Of a stretch of DNA of 64,000 bases, positions 1 through 11,729 are shown one piece after another. The notes under the pieces are model-generated. The model did no database searches. It saw only the letters and a list, made by a program, of their open reading frames with translations, and was not told the DNA's origin. Positions within the stretch are counted from its first letter, which is position 1; every line of letters starts with the position of its first letter. The translations under genes and the position numbers were made by a program. The stretch is taken from assembly GCA_043228905.1 (NCBI GenBank), contig JBHGNT010000018.1, forward strand, positions 8,122,001 through 8,186,000, read 5' to 3'. This DNA comes from Azolla caroliniana (lineage: Eukaryota; Plantae; Polypodiophyta).

Positions 1-427
1 AATCTACGACTCACTCCCCTCTGTCAACATGAATGTCGAGGAGGAAGAGATGGTGCAAGTTTGTCTCGGCGGGTTAGCGTCTAAGTTCGAAGCTTTCCGA
101 ATGACGGTGTCGTGAAGTACGAAAGCTTCACATTAAAAGTCTACAATAAGATAAATACATAACGAAAATAACATTTGATAATGTTTTATATATAAAGATA
201 ATATTAACAACACATATGATAATATTATATATATGTAAAGAAAAATAATATATATATATAGATAAATATATTAAACCAATAACCCTACCCTATGACTCTC
301 AAATCTTACCATTTACTCTATACTAGTAATATACATAAAATAAAGCATACTTTATATATACTTTATATTACATAAAGGATTTGCTTCATGATATAAAAAT
401 AAAGTTGTATGTTGTATTCAATAGTAT

Positions 428-490
428 TTTGAGACTCGAACCCACAACCTCATACACCAAACTCAACACACCTACCATTAGGCTAGGCCC
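428..490 (-). other. tRNA-derived sequence (Pol III A box + B box) inside the solo LTR
   Basis: Minus strand reads GGGCC-TAGCCTAATGGTAGG-...-GTGGGTTCGAGTCTCA. A-to-B box spacing equals that of a tRNA. D and T arms can pair, but the anticodon and acceptor stems are degenerate. Confidence 0.6.
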
Positions 491-757
491 TTTCTCTTTA
501 AGAACGTATTTTCATGTTTATTCTTATTGCATATATTGTTTGCTCAAATGAGCGAGATGTTTATCATGCATCACATGCATTTCATCCACTACATGCATGA
601 CTTGTACCCTCCAATGCATCATATGCATGGGGGCACCTATTTAAATGGTGAAAGAGAAGATCAAAGGGAGATATGTATGAGATATCAATCAAATTATGTA
701 TTACATAAGAGATACCATAAAAATAGATAAAGAAGGGAAGAAGTTTAACATAAAGGT

Positions 758-822
758 GGAGCTCTAGCTTGGCGGTCGTGAGTGGTCAACTCTCAACAAG
801 AGGGAGGTGGTTCAAGCCTTAT
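758..822 (+). other. Second tRNA-like A/B-box unit inside the solo LTR, divergent from the first
   Basis: TAGCTTGGCGG at 765 and GGTTCAAGCC at 809, with tRNA-like spacing. Confidence 0.45.
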
Positions 823-3800
823 CTTCATCAAAATATTGAAGTGAAGATTGTAGTGGTCTACGATCAAGAAAGAGAAGAGCGATTACCTTGCAAGACAAAG
901 TTCGGAGGTTCAACGACGTGCACAATCATTTTGTAACTCTTTCATGAAAATGATTATAAATTTCATACAGTTTCTCATATATTATTTTATATCTTATCTT
1001 GTCTTATCTTATATTCCTTAAAAATCCTATTTTGTCATATCTTATTGATCTCTATTCACTCCATCTCTACTCTTTCGTCTCTTCCGTCCATAATCCCAGT
1101 GATTCCTTCCTCACTTTCACGTTATCCTTTGTTTGCGCAACGCTACGCTTCTAGGCAAGCCACGTCACGACAACGGTCTGTATGAGGGAGAATATGCCGT
1201 CTTTTTTCGACTTATAGTCGATTCTCCTTGTAGAGGAGAACCAGGCCGGTGCGTCAACAAGTGCACCCACCGATAGTCAGATGTTGTATACGGAGGTGGA
1301 TCGGCCCCGTGGGCGTGGTGGACGAGGCGGGTCGGCCCGCAATGGTAGCGGCCAGCAAGAGCAGGACCGAAGGCATAAAGAATGTGCCGACCGCAGTTTT
1401 AGACCCTCCACAAGTAGGGGGAGTCAAGGCGGCGCCGAAGGCAGGCAAGCAAAGGCCAACACAGAATGTTGGTATTGTGGTAAACAAGGCCACAAAGAAA
1501 GCGAGTGCTGGAAGAAGCGCGCCGATTCGGACAGATCCGGATCTGGCAAGGCCGGCAGAAAGAACCGGCAATACTCGCACTACGCAAAAGGATCGGGAGG
1601 ATCCAAAACCGGAAAAGCCCGTAAAGGGCCATCCGTGGTGATGAAACATGAGGCTAACTCGATGAAGAAGACCACTTCCAAATCATAGGAAGTGTGGTAC
1701 GTTGATTCCGGTGCATCGAATCACATGACGAGCCACAAAGAGTGGTTCTCTTTCCTAGAGAAACTAGAACAACCGGGAGTTGTCGAAACTGGAGAAACCA
1801 CTCCTCACCCAATCGTGCATGTCGGAGAAGTCCCTTTGACCCAAATCGGACAGAGGGGGAAGCTGATGAACGTATTACACGTTTCAACTGTCACGAAGAA
1901 CCTGGTGTCGGTTGGACAGATTGTCGACTAGCGGATGCAAGTGCGGTTTTCGAGGAAGAGGGCCAAATCATTGCGCAAGGGCGCAGAGACGGGAGAATGG
2001 TCATCCTCGACACAAATGACGTCGGCACCGCTTTGTTCGCCAAAGGACAGAACGTCGAATCGGACATCGACCTATGGCACAAGCGGATCGGCCACGTCAA
2101 TTACCGGAGGCTTCAAGACCTGCAAAAGAAACAAGTTGCTTTCAGTTTGCCGAAGTTCAGTGGCCGGAAGGCCCAAATATGTGAAGCCTGCCAGCTAGGG
2201 AAGCAACACCAGCTTCCATTCCCCACTGAACGAAACCGTAGCCGTAAAAAGCTCGACCTTATTCATTCCTCAACGTTAGTCTTGGCACAGAACGTTAGTC
2301 TTGGCGGGAGTCCGTATTTCGTCTCCTTCATCGACGACTACAGCTAGCACACATGGATCTACCTCATTGAGCGGAAAAGCGAAGTCTTCGAGTGTTTCCG
2401 AAACATGCAAAGCCTGGTTGAATGGGAAAATGAGAGGAAGATCAAGTGTCTGCGGTCGGACGGTGGAAAGGAATATTTTTCCGGCCAATTCAACAGTTAT
2501 CTGCATCAAAAAGGAATTCAGAGAGAGTTCAGCTGCAGATACACACCAGAGCAAAACAGTGTGGCCGAAAGGAAGAACCGGTCGATTGTCAACATGGCAA
2601 GGGCAATGCTAGAGGAGAAGAGCATGCCCCATTTCTACTGGGCGGAGGCGGTCCGGACGGCTGTCTACATCCAAAACCGGATCGGTGACAAGGTGTCCGC
2701 GCATGAGCTGTATTTCGGGCGCAAGCCGAATTTGAGACACCTTCGGATATTCGGTAGCATTGCATATGTCCATGTGCCAGATGAGAAGCGATGGAAGTTG
2801 GATGCGAAGTTGGAGAAATGCATCCTGGTCGATTACTCGCATGAGCAAAAGGGGTATAAGTGTTATAACCCCCGAACGAACCAGGTCCGAGTTAGCCGGG
2901 ATGTTGAGTTTGATGAGACGGCATCATGGTATGTCTTACCAACTCGGACTTCCGACCCCGACCCGATACCGGAGGATGAGGCTAGTAAGCTTAAACCGGT
3001 TCAAATAGAAGATGAAGACTTCGGCACTCTAGAAGAGAGTCTGACCTCATTCCGGCTAAGTGGACTGAATGAGCGGCTGAGTCAGGATGACCAGTCGGAT
3101 GAGGAACCGGCGAGTAGTGGAGACCCTGTCGTGCTCTTCCCGCGCAAGGAACCAAGGAGACGGTTCACGCGCAAAGAAAAGGGGAAGAAGAAGATGCCAA
3201 AATACGAAACCGGCAACGATGACTAGGATCGAAGGGAATCTGAATCCGGTATGGAAGAAGGCAGATCTTCGGCAACAAAGACCGCACGGGCCAGGAAGGG
3301 CCCCAAACCGAGTAACGATAAGTTACGCCGGTCTTCCCACCAGAAGAACCCCGTGAAGCGGTACGGGTACAATGAGTACATGGCGCATCACTATGCGTAC
3401 ATGACCAAGGTGGCGGAAGTGCGTGAGCCGGAGAGCTACGCAGAAGCGGCAAGGGATGCAAATTGGCGTGCCGCTATGGAGGAAGAAATGTGGGCACTTG
3501 ATGCCAACGACACATGGGACCTCGTTGACCCTCCCCGACACTGTAAACCGATCGAATGTAAGTGGGTATACAAGGTAAAGTACAATGCCGACGGTTCGGT
3601 TAGCCGGTACAAGACCCGGTTAGTGGGGAAGGGATACGCACAGACCCAAGGAATCGACTATGATGAGACCTTCGCTCCAGTAGCAAAGATGACGACGGTT
3701 CGTGTGGTGTTGGCGGTTGTTGCGGCAAGGGAGTGGCATCTTCACCAAATGGACGTGAAGAATGCATTTCTTCAAGGCGACCTTGAAGAAGAGGTCTTTA

Positions 3801-6800
3801 TGACCCAACCTCCCGGTTTCCAGACGGAGATGAACAAGTCGGCTGTATGCCGGCTGAAGAAGTCACTTTATGGCCTGAAGCAAGCCCCCCAATCTTGGAA
3901 TGCCAAGATTACGCACCGGTTGCGTAAGATGGGGTTTGCGGCCTCCAAGTCTGGCTCTTCGTTGTTCATCCGGCAAGGTCCGGTTTGCATCTTGTTGTGT
4001 GTTGATGATTTGGTCATCACCGGACCCGGACTCGATGAAATCAGCCGAGTCAAATCCCAGCTGTCGGACACATTTGAGATGAAGGATATGAGGGACCTTC
4101 ACTATTTCCTTGGGATCGAGGTGATCCGAACCCCCGACAGCATATTGCTCTCACAGAAACACTATGTGTTGAATATGATGTATGAGTTTGGCATAACAGA
4201 ATGCCGACCAATATCCACACCCTTGGACCGGAACCAGAAGCTCCGTCCCAACTCCGGACCGGCTTGCGATGAGAAACGGTTACGACAAATCGTCGGAAGC
4301 CTTATATATCTGACAATCACCCGACCTAACATCAATTATCCGGTCGGCGTGATCAGCCAATATATGCAGAAGCCGACCGTGGAGCACAAAGGAACGTGGA
4401 CTGTTATACCGGCATGGTATAACCGAAGAGCTAGTCGGCTACACCGATGCCGACTAGGCCGGCGATGCATCGGATCGCCGATCTACCTCCGGCTACATGT
4501 TCTCCCTTGGTAGCGCAGTTGTTGCATGGAGCAGCAAAAAGCAGCCAATAGTGGCTCTGTCGAACACTGAGGCTGAATACCGGGGCGCTACCGTTGCCAC
4601 CTGTGAAGCCATTTGGCTTCGGCGCTTGCTACAAGACCTATGGATCGAGGTGCCGACCCCGATCCTGATCTACTATGACAACATAAGCAGCATGCAGCTC
4701 GCCAAGAACCCCATATTCCATGCTCGCACAAAGCACATAGAAGTGCACTACCACTTCGTGTGTGAGCGTGTCCTGAGCAGTGAAGTCGAACTTCAGTATG
4801 TTCATATAGATCGGCAAGTTGCCGACAGCTTCACCAAACCGCTCGGATCGGACAAGTTGCAGCACTTCACCGAAATGCTTGGTGTTCAGCATCTCGACGT
4901 GCCACACTTGAGAGGGAGAACGGGCAAAGACACCACTGGAACGGGCAAAGGCAAAGAGACTGTCGATTGCGTCGGTAAGGGAAGAACCGACAAGGGGAGA
5001 GACAAGAAGAAGAAAGGAGCCAAGTCGACAAAGGAAGTTGACACATCCGAACAAGTCGGAACAAGTGGCAGCTGCGACACAGTCAAGAAGGACAGAGCCA
5101 ACCGGAAGAAGAAGGCCAAGACCTGGACATGGTCCGATGTGGTGAAGGGCCTGGAACCGTAAAACGAATCGGGAGCGACCGATTTGGACAAGAGCTAGAA
5201 CGAATCGGAGACAACCGATTCAATTCAACAAACGGATTCGGAAGAACTGGATCATTTCAAGGCCAAGAGGACGAGAAGGCAGCGAAGGTCAATGCCAACA
5301 CGAAGGAATCGGTGAAGCGGCAAGCGCCGAAGTCACAGTAGTGAGGGAGCTAAATTGGGCCTGTTGAGCAGACAAGCTGACCGAGGAGGTCGAGGTGCAC
5401 AAAATCAGAAGGGTCGCGGCAAACGGGACCGGACCGGACGAGGAGCACGAGTGAGGCGGAGTGACGCCAGAGGGAGCCAGGTGGAAGGACCGGCTGCCAT
5501 GGAGACTAACACTACGATCCGACCTCAAGTTGAGCTTGAAGGGGAGTGTTGAGCAGCAAGCTCATCCGGATCCGGATCGGCTGAATAAGCCTGAGCCGGA
5601 TTGGCATCCGGAAGGATGAGCCAGATCGGTGAGCTGGCGAGCAATTGAGCTGGTGAGCTGGGGAGCCGGTGAGCTAGATCAAACAGTAACCGGAAGCCTA
5701 GTAGTAGCCTAGACTACTAGGTAATTAATAGTCTCGTAGTTAGTGTCAGACACTCGAGTGAGCATTGAAGTACCCGGTACTTCTGTCAGTCCTCTTAGGA
5801 CTTGTATAAATAGTGTTGTTGAGCACGTTTCATGTACAGAGAATTGTTATTGTTTTGTAATAGATTTAAACGTTCTACTCTCTCTCTGTCTCTCCCGCAT
5901 ACACTTTGTGTGTTAAAGAAGCTCGTTTTATGTGGGTGAAAGTCTCCACAAGCAAGGAGAAGGCAGTATTTTTTTCCATTTGTTACTTCCCCCCGAAAGG
6001 CTCTCTTTATAATCTGGCTGGCGAGGCGAGATTAGTTGATGAAGGAGTGCCACATGGGTCTTCCCCATATCAACCTCTATCGGATGACATAATCCGATAT
6101 TCTTCCCAAGGAGAAGTATTCCTTTTAGGAGACTTTAATGCAAGAACCCAATCCCGAAAATGCACAATATTTCAAATGAATAGAAACCTAGAAATGGTAA
6201 ATGTCGATCCTTTAGACATAGGCACCACACGTAGATCAAAGGATTAAGGTGCAGACGCCACGAGCTTTGGCCATCATTTGCTCGAACTTGGCAGTCGGCA
6301 CCAGATGGTCATATATAATGGTTTAGCCAAGTGGCCAGGTTCGGAAGAGCTCACATGTTTCCCACATGGAGGAGGGGAAAGCACAGTTGATTATCTAATA
6401 GGACGCCCTAAAGTGGCCCTATGTCCTATTAGCGTGGACCATAGTTTCTTATACTTTGAGCTAAAATGTGATATCTCTAACGTCACCAACTCTAGTCGAC
6501 CACGCCATGACATCACAATACATTTCACACATGAGCTCTCTGACATATATGCTCGACATGTTCAAGCCTGTCTCTACTCCCTCGATCCCTCCCTACCTTT
6601 AGAGAGCCTTAGTACAAAACTCACACACATCCTTCACTCTGCAGCAGTTAGCAGTTTCCCATACACGAAACACTCCAATCAAGGTAAAGTAGGATCTATG
6701 CCACAAAATAGATGGTATGATGAGGATTGTAGGTGCTTACATAGACAACTTACAATATCGCAACTCAGTGGTAGTATTACCTCCATACAAGCTTGTAAAG

Positions 6801-8705
6801 AAATGCGCAAGATGACACGTCATAAGAGACGAGCATGGGAGGCATCCCAATATTGGGAACTCTACCATATGCTCATGAGTAGCGATTGTGCCACTGCATG
6901 GAAGAGATTACGGGAACCAAGACCACAAACACCCATCGAAGATCCCGAAACTTGGCACACTTATACATAGAGACTTTACCAAATCCCAAACCAACCACCC
7001 ATTCCAATGCCTTCTACACCCCGACCTACTGTGGGGACACTCTTCACGACCTCTAGGGTCACGAAGGTCATAAAGAAATTACAACATAGGAAGTCCATGG
7101 ACCACACAGGATTGCGAGTAGAACACATCATATATACGAGAGAGTGCCTAGCTCCCTTGCTAACTCTAATCTTCAATCACGCCCTCACAGAGGGTTTTCC
7201 ACCACAATGGACCATGAACACAGTGGCCCCCATACATAAAGGGGGGGACCCCATGGACCCAAATACTTATAGGACCATTATGATAGGTCATACCCTTGCT
7301 AAATTATATGGTGCAATAATGGAGGCAAAGCTTAGCGATTATATGGAGACCTTAAATCTTCGTGCACCTGAACAGGTTGGCTTTAGACGAGCCTTCTCCA
7401 CTATTGATCATATCTTCACACTTAGATGCTTAATTGACTAGACTACGGCTCGCAAGAAGAAACTATATTGTTGTTTTGTGGACTTCCGCAAAGCCTTTGA
7501 CACGGTCCCTAGAGAGCAATTGTTTGATAGGCTTAAGAGCTTGAGGATACCAGATGACATGGTTTGGGTCATCTACGCACTATATGAACAAGTGTCCGGG
7601 TGTGTCGATGCCCAGGTGGCATATCCGATAGTTTCACTAGCATTATTGGTGTAAAACAAGGTTGCCCCTTATCTCCGACTCTTTTTGGGATCTACATTGA
7701 TAAGATCACATATTTTATTGCTCGTAAGGGAGGCAATGGAGTAGCCCTTGGGGATATGCAGGTGTGTATCTTGCTCTATGCAAATGACATAGTTTGGCTC
7801 TCTGAATCCAAACACGACCTACAACGGCACCTTAATGCCTTAGATGACTTTTGCACACAACGAGGATTAGTAGTGAATCTAGGGAAAACTAAAGTCCTTA
7901 TCTTCCACACGTCAGCCCAAGTTAGAGCTAAGTGTCACCTAACTATCTCCCATAGCCCAGTTAAGGTGCTTGGATCATATGCCTATCTCGGAGTCACTTT
8001 CAGTGCCCGCTCAGGTAAATTTTCGATGACACAAGCAGCGAAGGATAGACTTACAAGAGGAGATGCATCCCTCTCACTCCTCGAGAGACAATGCCACCAA
8101 GCATACTTCCAAGAGCCACGAACTAAAGGGTGGCTCTTTGACTCATTAGTGACTCCCTCTCTCATGTATGCATCAGCGGTTTGGGCTCCAGGACTACCAT
8201 CTTTCATGTGGACGCAATTAGAGAGACCATTGGTGATGATGTACAGGATACATAACCAACCACTTGATAGAATATCCCATCAAGCCTTTAAGGCTTCTCG
8301 AGCATTGTATGAGTCCGGCTATACTAGCTCATCGTATGGCATGATGGTGAGTTGGCTTCTTGCCAACGGTCTAGACATTAATAACCTCCCCCCCCTTAAG
8401 TACGACCACACGACTGATAACACTTTAATCTCTCATGAGGACCGTAATAAAGTAATACGCCAAGAAATATGACAAATTTATACTCGGTATAAATGGATCA
8501 CCCCACTAGAGCCACTCCCATCTAAAATGTCATATTATAAGGAACACTTTATGCACTTCTCTAAGTTAGGTTTTATTACGCGGCCAAGATATCTAGATGT
8601 ATTCTTACCACATGCACTAAGGGTTGCCATTGGTCAACTTAGAATATAATCTCACCAACTTGAGATTGAGAATGGACGTACTAATGGAGTCCCTAGGGAG
8701 GAAAG

Positions 8706-9225
8706 TGTTATATGTTTTAGGGTTAGGGTTAATGATGATAATGATAAAGATAGGAATAGGGTTAACGATCATGGTAGATTAATGAAGATAAACATGGTGA
8801 TGGAGAGTATGATGGTGAGAGAGATCATGTAGAGAAGCATTGTGGGGTGGGGGGTGGTGCCTAGAATGGCTCCACCCCCCTCCCAAGGGGTTCAACGTTA
8901 AAGGGGAGAGAGAGAGAGGGAGAAAGAGATGACAAGAGAGAGAGAGATTGAGAGAGAAATGGTTATTTATTCATTCATTCCCCATAAGGGGTTAAATAGT
9001 ACAAGAGGGGGTAGATACAAAGGGGTGTAGGGCCCCTAGAGCATTCATACTGGACACTCACTCACACCTCCTCGTATCCATCCACATGCACACACGTGTG
9101 CATGTGTTCACATATGTATTGACTCACAATTACATTTATGCCCCCTACACACACAACAATCATCATGATAACATTTGACCCTCGCTCATCACATTGACTC
9201 TCCGTACATCTCGTACGGGGTAACA
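8706..9225 (-). repeat. LTR (3' LTR in inferred orientation), 520 bp
   Basis: Near-identical to 11232-11729 except for the first ~80 bp and a microsatellite indel. Contains TTTAGGGTTAGGG. Confidence 0.9.
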
Positions 9226-9230
9226 CAATA

Positions 9231-9246
9231 TGGCACGCCCATGGGA
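9231..9246 (+). promoter_or_regulatory. PBS-like site complementary to the tRNA-Arg(UCU) 3' end, located where the PPT is expected
   Basis: TGGCACGCCCATGGGA, 5 nt after the LTR end. The recalled plant tRNA-Arg(UCU) complement is TGGCACGCCCAGTGGGA. Confidence 0.6.
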
Positions 9247-11216
9247 AAGTGCCTTGCACGTCGATCCCACATGCCTTGATGATGATATTTCTTCGACCGG
9301 AACTTCCATCGGTCCTTTCAACGATCGACTCCCTCGATTGGAATGCTTGACTTGAACATCTTTGTCGGTCAGCAAATCGTCCGTGACACAAACATTCTCA
9401 TTCTGTCGACTTACGAACTTTGTCATGGGTCCAAAATCATGTCGTATGTATGTGTGTTCTTCCTTTGTTTTGAGTGTGTGTGAGTAGTCTTGGGGATTTT
9501 CAAAATTCTAGTGGTGCCCTCTTGTTTTTAAAATTTTATATTGTGCCCTTATGTTTATGAAATCTTTATGAATACCCTTTATGTTTTTAAAATATTGACA
9601 ATGCCCTCAGGTTTTTGGAAATTTGTCGGATGCCCTCATTGTTTAGAAATTTCTTGGATGCTCTTTTATCATTCTCTTTTCCCCTCATTTTTCTGTTTTT
9701 GGTCTTTTTCTTTTTCTTGCCTCTTCTTCCTCGACCAGTTCCTGTTTCGCTGCCTTTTCTTCTATCTTTTTCTCATTCTTGCTTATGTTGTTACTGTTCC
9801 TTCTCCTTCATCTTCCTCTTCTTCTCGTTTTCGTTTGTTCTTCTACTGCTGCTTCATCTCTCTCTTCCAATTAATTTCTTGTTCTGCTTTGCCTTTCCCG
9901 TTCTCTGCTCTGCTTCTCCATTTCGGGTCTCATCGCCATCTCTATCCCTGTCTGTGAGGTCGTTCCAATCCGCGATCCCGTCTCTGTTCCGGCAGTCACT
10001 GTCCAGCCACTATTCAGCCGCCTTCATCTCTGGCCATTTTGGTCGGTTGTTGCTCCGGCCGCTCCTGTTTTGGCCTCTTGTCCGACTGTTGTTTTCCTTT
10101 GTCCGGTTGCTCTGGCTGTTGTTCAGCTACTATCCGGCCACTCCAACCGCTCTGACTGTTGTCCGGCTGCTCTTCAGCAGTTGTCCGGCCATTCCGACCA
10201 CTCTCTGGCCACTTCGACCGCTCTGGTTGCTCCGGTCCGGTCACTCTCCGGCCTATCTGACTGCTCGAACTGTTGTCCAACCATCTCCATCTTTGTCGTT
10301 GTCTAGCGTCGTCCGGTCTGGCCACCTCCGTTCCGGCGCCGTTCAGCCACTATGACCACTCTTCGGTCGCTCTCCGGTCAGCGCTTCTCCAGCCTCTCGT
10401 CTGTCGCCATTCTGGTTGTTATCGACCGTTCTTCAGCTCCTATCCGGCCACACCGGCTTCTCTTTTGCCCCTGTGCGGCCACATTGGCCACATTTGTGCA
10501 TTCCGGCCGCTCATCCTGATGCCTGTCCGTTGTCTTTTGGCTGTGCGTCTGGTTCGTCTTCTCGGTCATCTGTCCAGTTCTTTCCTACCCGTTTTCGGTT
10601 GTGTCGCTTGAGTTTGTATGCTTCCTTTTCACCCGTCCATTCGTCTCTATTTGTGCTTGTGCAGTCTAGCTTGTTCAGTTGCCTCATTTTGTTTTGATAT
10701 TGTGTAGTCAGTCGTCCATGTCTTTTGTCAATGTCTCGTCAACGACAGCATCTCCTTCTTTGTCTACATTGGCCCTTCTATGTTAACCAACTTTGGGTCT
10801 GGTTCTGATTCCGGTTCCGACTCTCTCTGTGTTGCTTCGTTTGGAACCATCTCTCGTGCATTTTAGCACATTTTGCCGGCCTCCACTCCACACACTGCGT
10901 CTTCCACTGCAGTCTCCGGGTGGGCTTCTCTTTCCGGTCGTGTTGGTGCCGGTTCCCTCTGTGTCGTTGTTTGTCTAGCCGTGCATCTTGCACCACGCAT
11001 TCGAAACACACACATTGTCGCTAACCGCTTTCGGAACCACGCACATTGACACATTGACTCGCACAAAATGTTGTTTCCATTTCTGCATTCCTCCATAGAC
11101 TTCCTCCAACATCTTCACCGTCATTTTCACGTTTCGCCATTTCTTGCACTTAGTCGCTATGGCTTGCACATCCGCATATCATTCTTCGACTTCGTCTCCA
11201 AAGGGGGGTTGCCTTA

Positions 11217-11226
11217 GTGGTCGCCA
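11217..11226 (-). promoter_or_regulatory. PBS complementary to tRNA-Arg(UCG)
   Basis: TGGCGACCAC on the minus strand, 5 nt after the LTR. Arg PBSs are typical of Tat/Ogre-type Gypsy elements. Confidence 0.7.
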
Positions 11227-11231
11227 AAAGG

Positions 11232-11729
11232 TGTTGTAGGTTTTAGGGTTAGGGTTAAGGACGACGATGATGATGAATGATAACTATGATGATTGGTAAT
11301 GAAGATAGACATGGTGATGGAGAGTATGATGGTGAGAGAGATCATATAGAGAAGCATTGCGGGGTGGGGGATGGTGCCTAGAATGGCTCCACCCCCCTCC
11401 CAAGGGGTTCAACGTTAAAGGGGAGAGAGAGAGGGAGAGAGAGAGATTAAGAGAGAAATGGTTATTTATTCATTCATTCCCCATAAGGGGTTAAATAGTA
11501 CAAGAGGGGGTAGATACAAAGGGGTGTAAGCCCCCTAGAGCATTCATACTGGACACTCACTCACACCTCCTCGTATCCATCCACATGCACACACGTGTGC
11601 ATGTGTTCACATATGTATTGACTCACAATTACATTTATGCCCCGCCCCCTACACACACAACAATCATCATGATAACATTTGACCCTCGCTCATCACATTG
11701 ACTCTCCGTACATCTTGTACGGGGTAACA
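11232..11729 (-). repeat. LTR (5' LTR in inferred orientation), 498 bp
   Basis: Direct repeat of 8706-9225, followed by TSD GAAAG. Confidence 0.9.

Larger units (their letters stand above)
108..1172 (+). mobile_element. Solo LTR (1065 bp) with 4-bp TSD ACGG, inserted in Copia A gag
   Basis: Termini TGTCGTGA...TCACGACA. ACGG at 104-107 and 1173-1176. TATA-like CCTATTTAAA at about 636. Host reading frame is restored on removal. Confidence 0.85.
1..5162 (+). pseudogene. Copia A gag-pol, disrupted by stops and frameshifts, with a Lys-rich extension after RNase H
   Basis: ORFs 1281-1688, 1692-1931, 1742-2347, 2405-3226, 3251-4513 and 4497-5162. Removing 108-1176 restores the gag frame (FRMTVCMRENMPSFFDL*SILLVEEN), matching the gag of element D. 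Confidence 0.92.
8706..11729 (-). mobile_element. Non-autonomous, non-coding LTR element (LARD/large-TRIM-like, 3024 bp), 5-bp TSD GAAAG
   Basis: Direct repeats 8706-9225 and 11232-11729 with TG...CA ends. GAAAG at 8701-8705 and 11730-11734. The 2-kb interior has no retroelement motifs. Orientation taken from CTATTTAA and AATAAA on the minus strand of the LTR. Confidence 0.9.

Noticed and set aside
428-822. Functional tRNA genes
   Set aside because: Acceptor and anticodon stems do not pair, so these are reported only as tRNA-derived boxes.
9541-11169. Long ORFs (up to 246 aa) inside the non-coding LTR element
   Set aside because: Low-complexity translations of pyrimidine-rich and CCGG repeats, with no gag, pol or env motifs.
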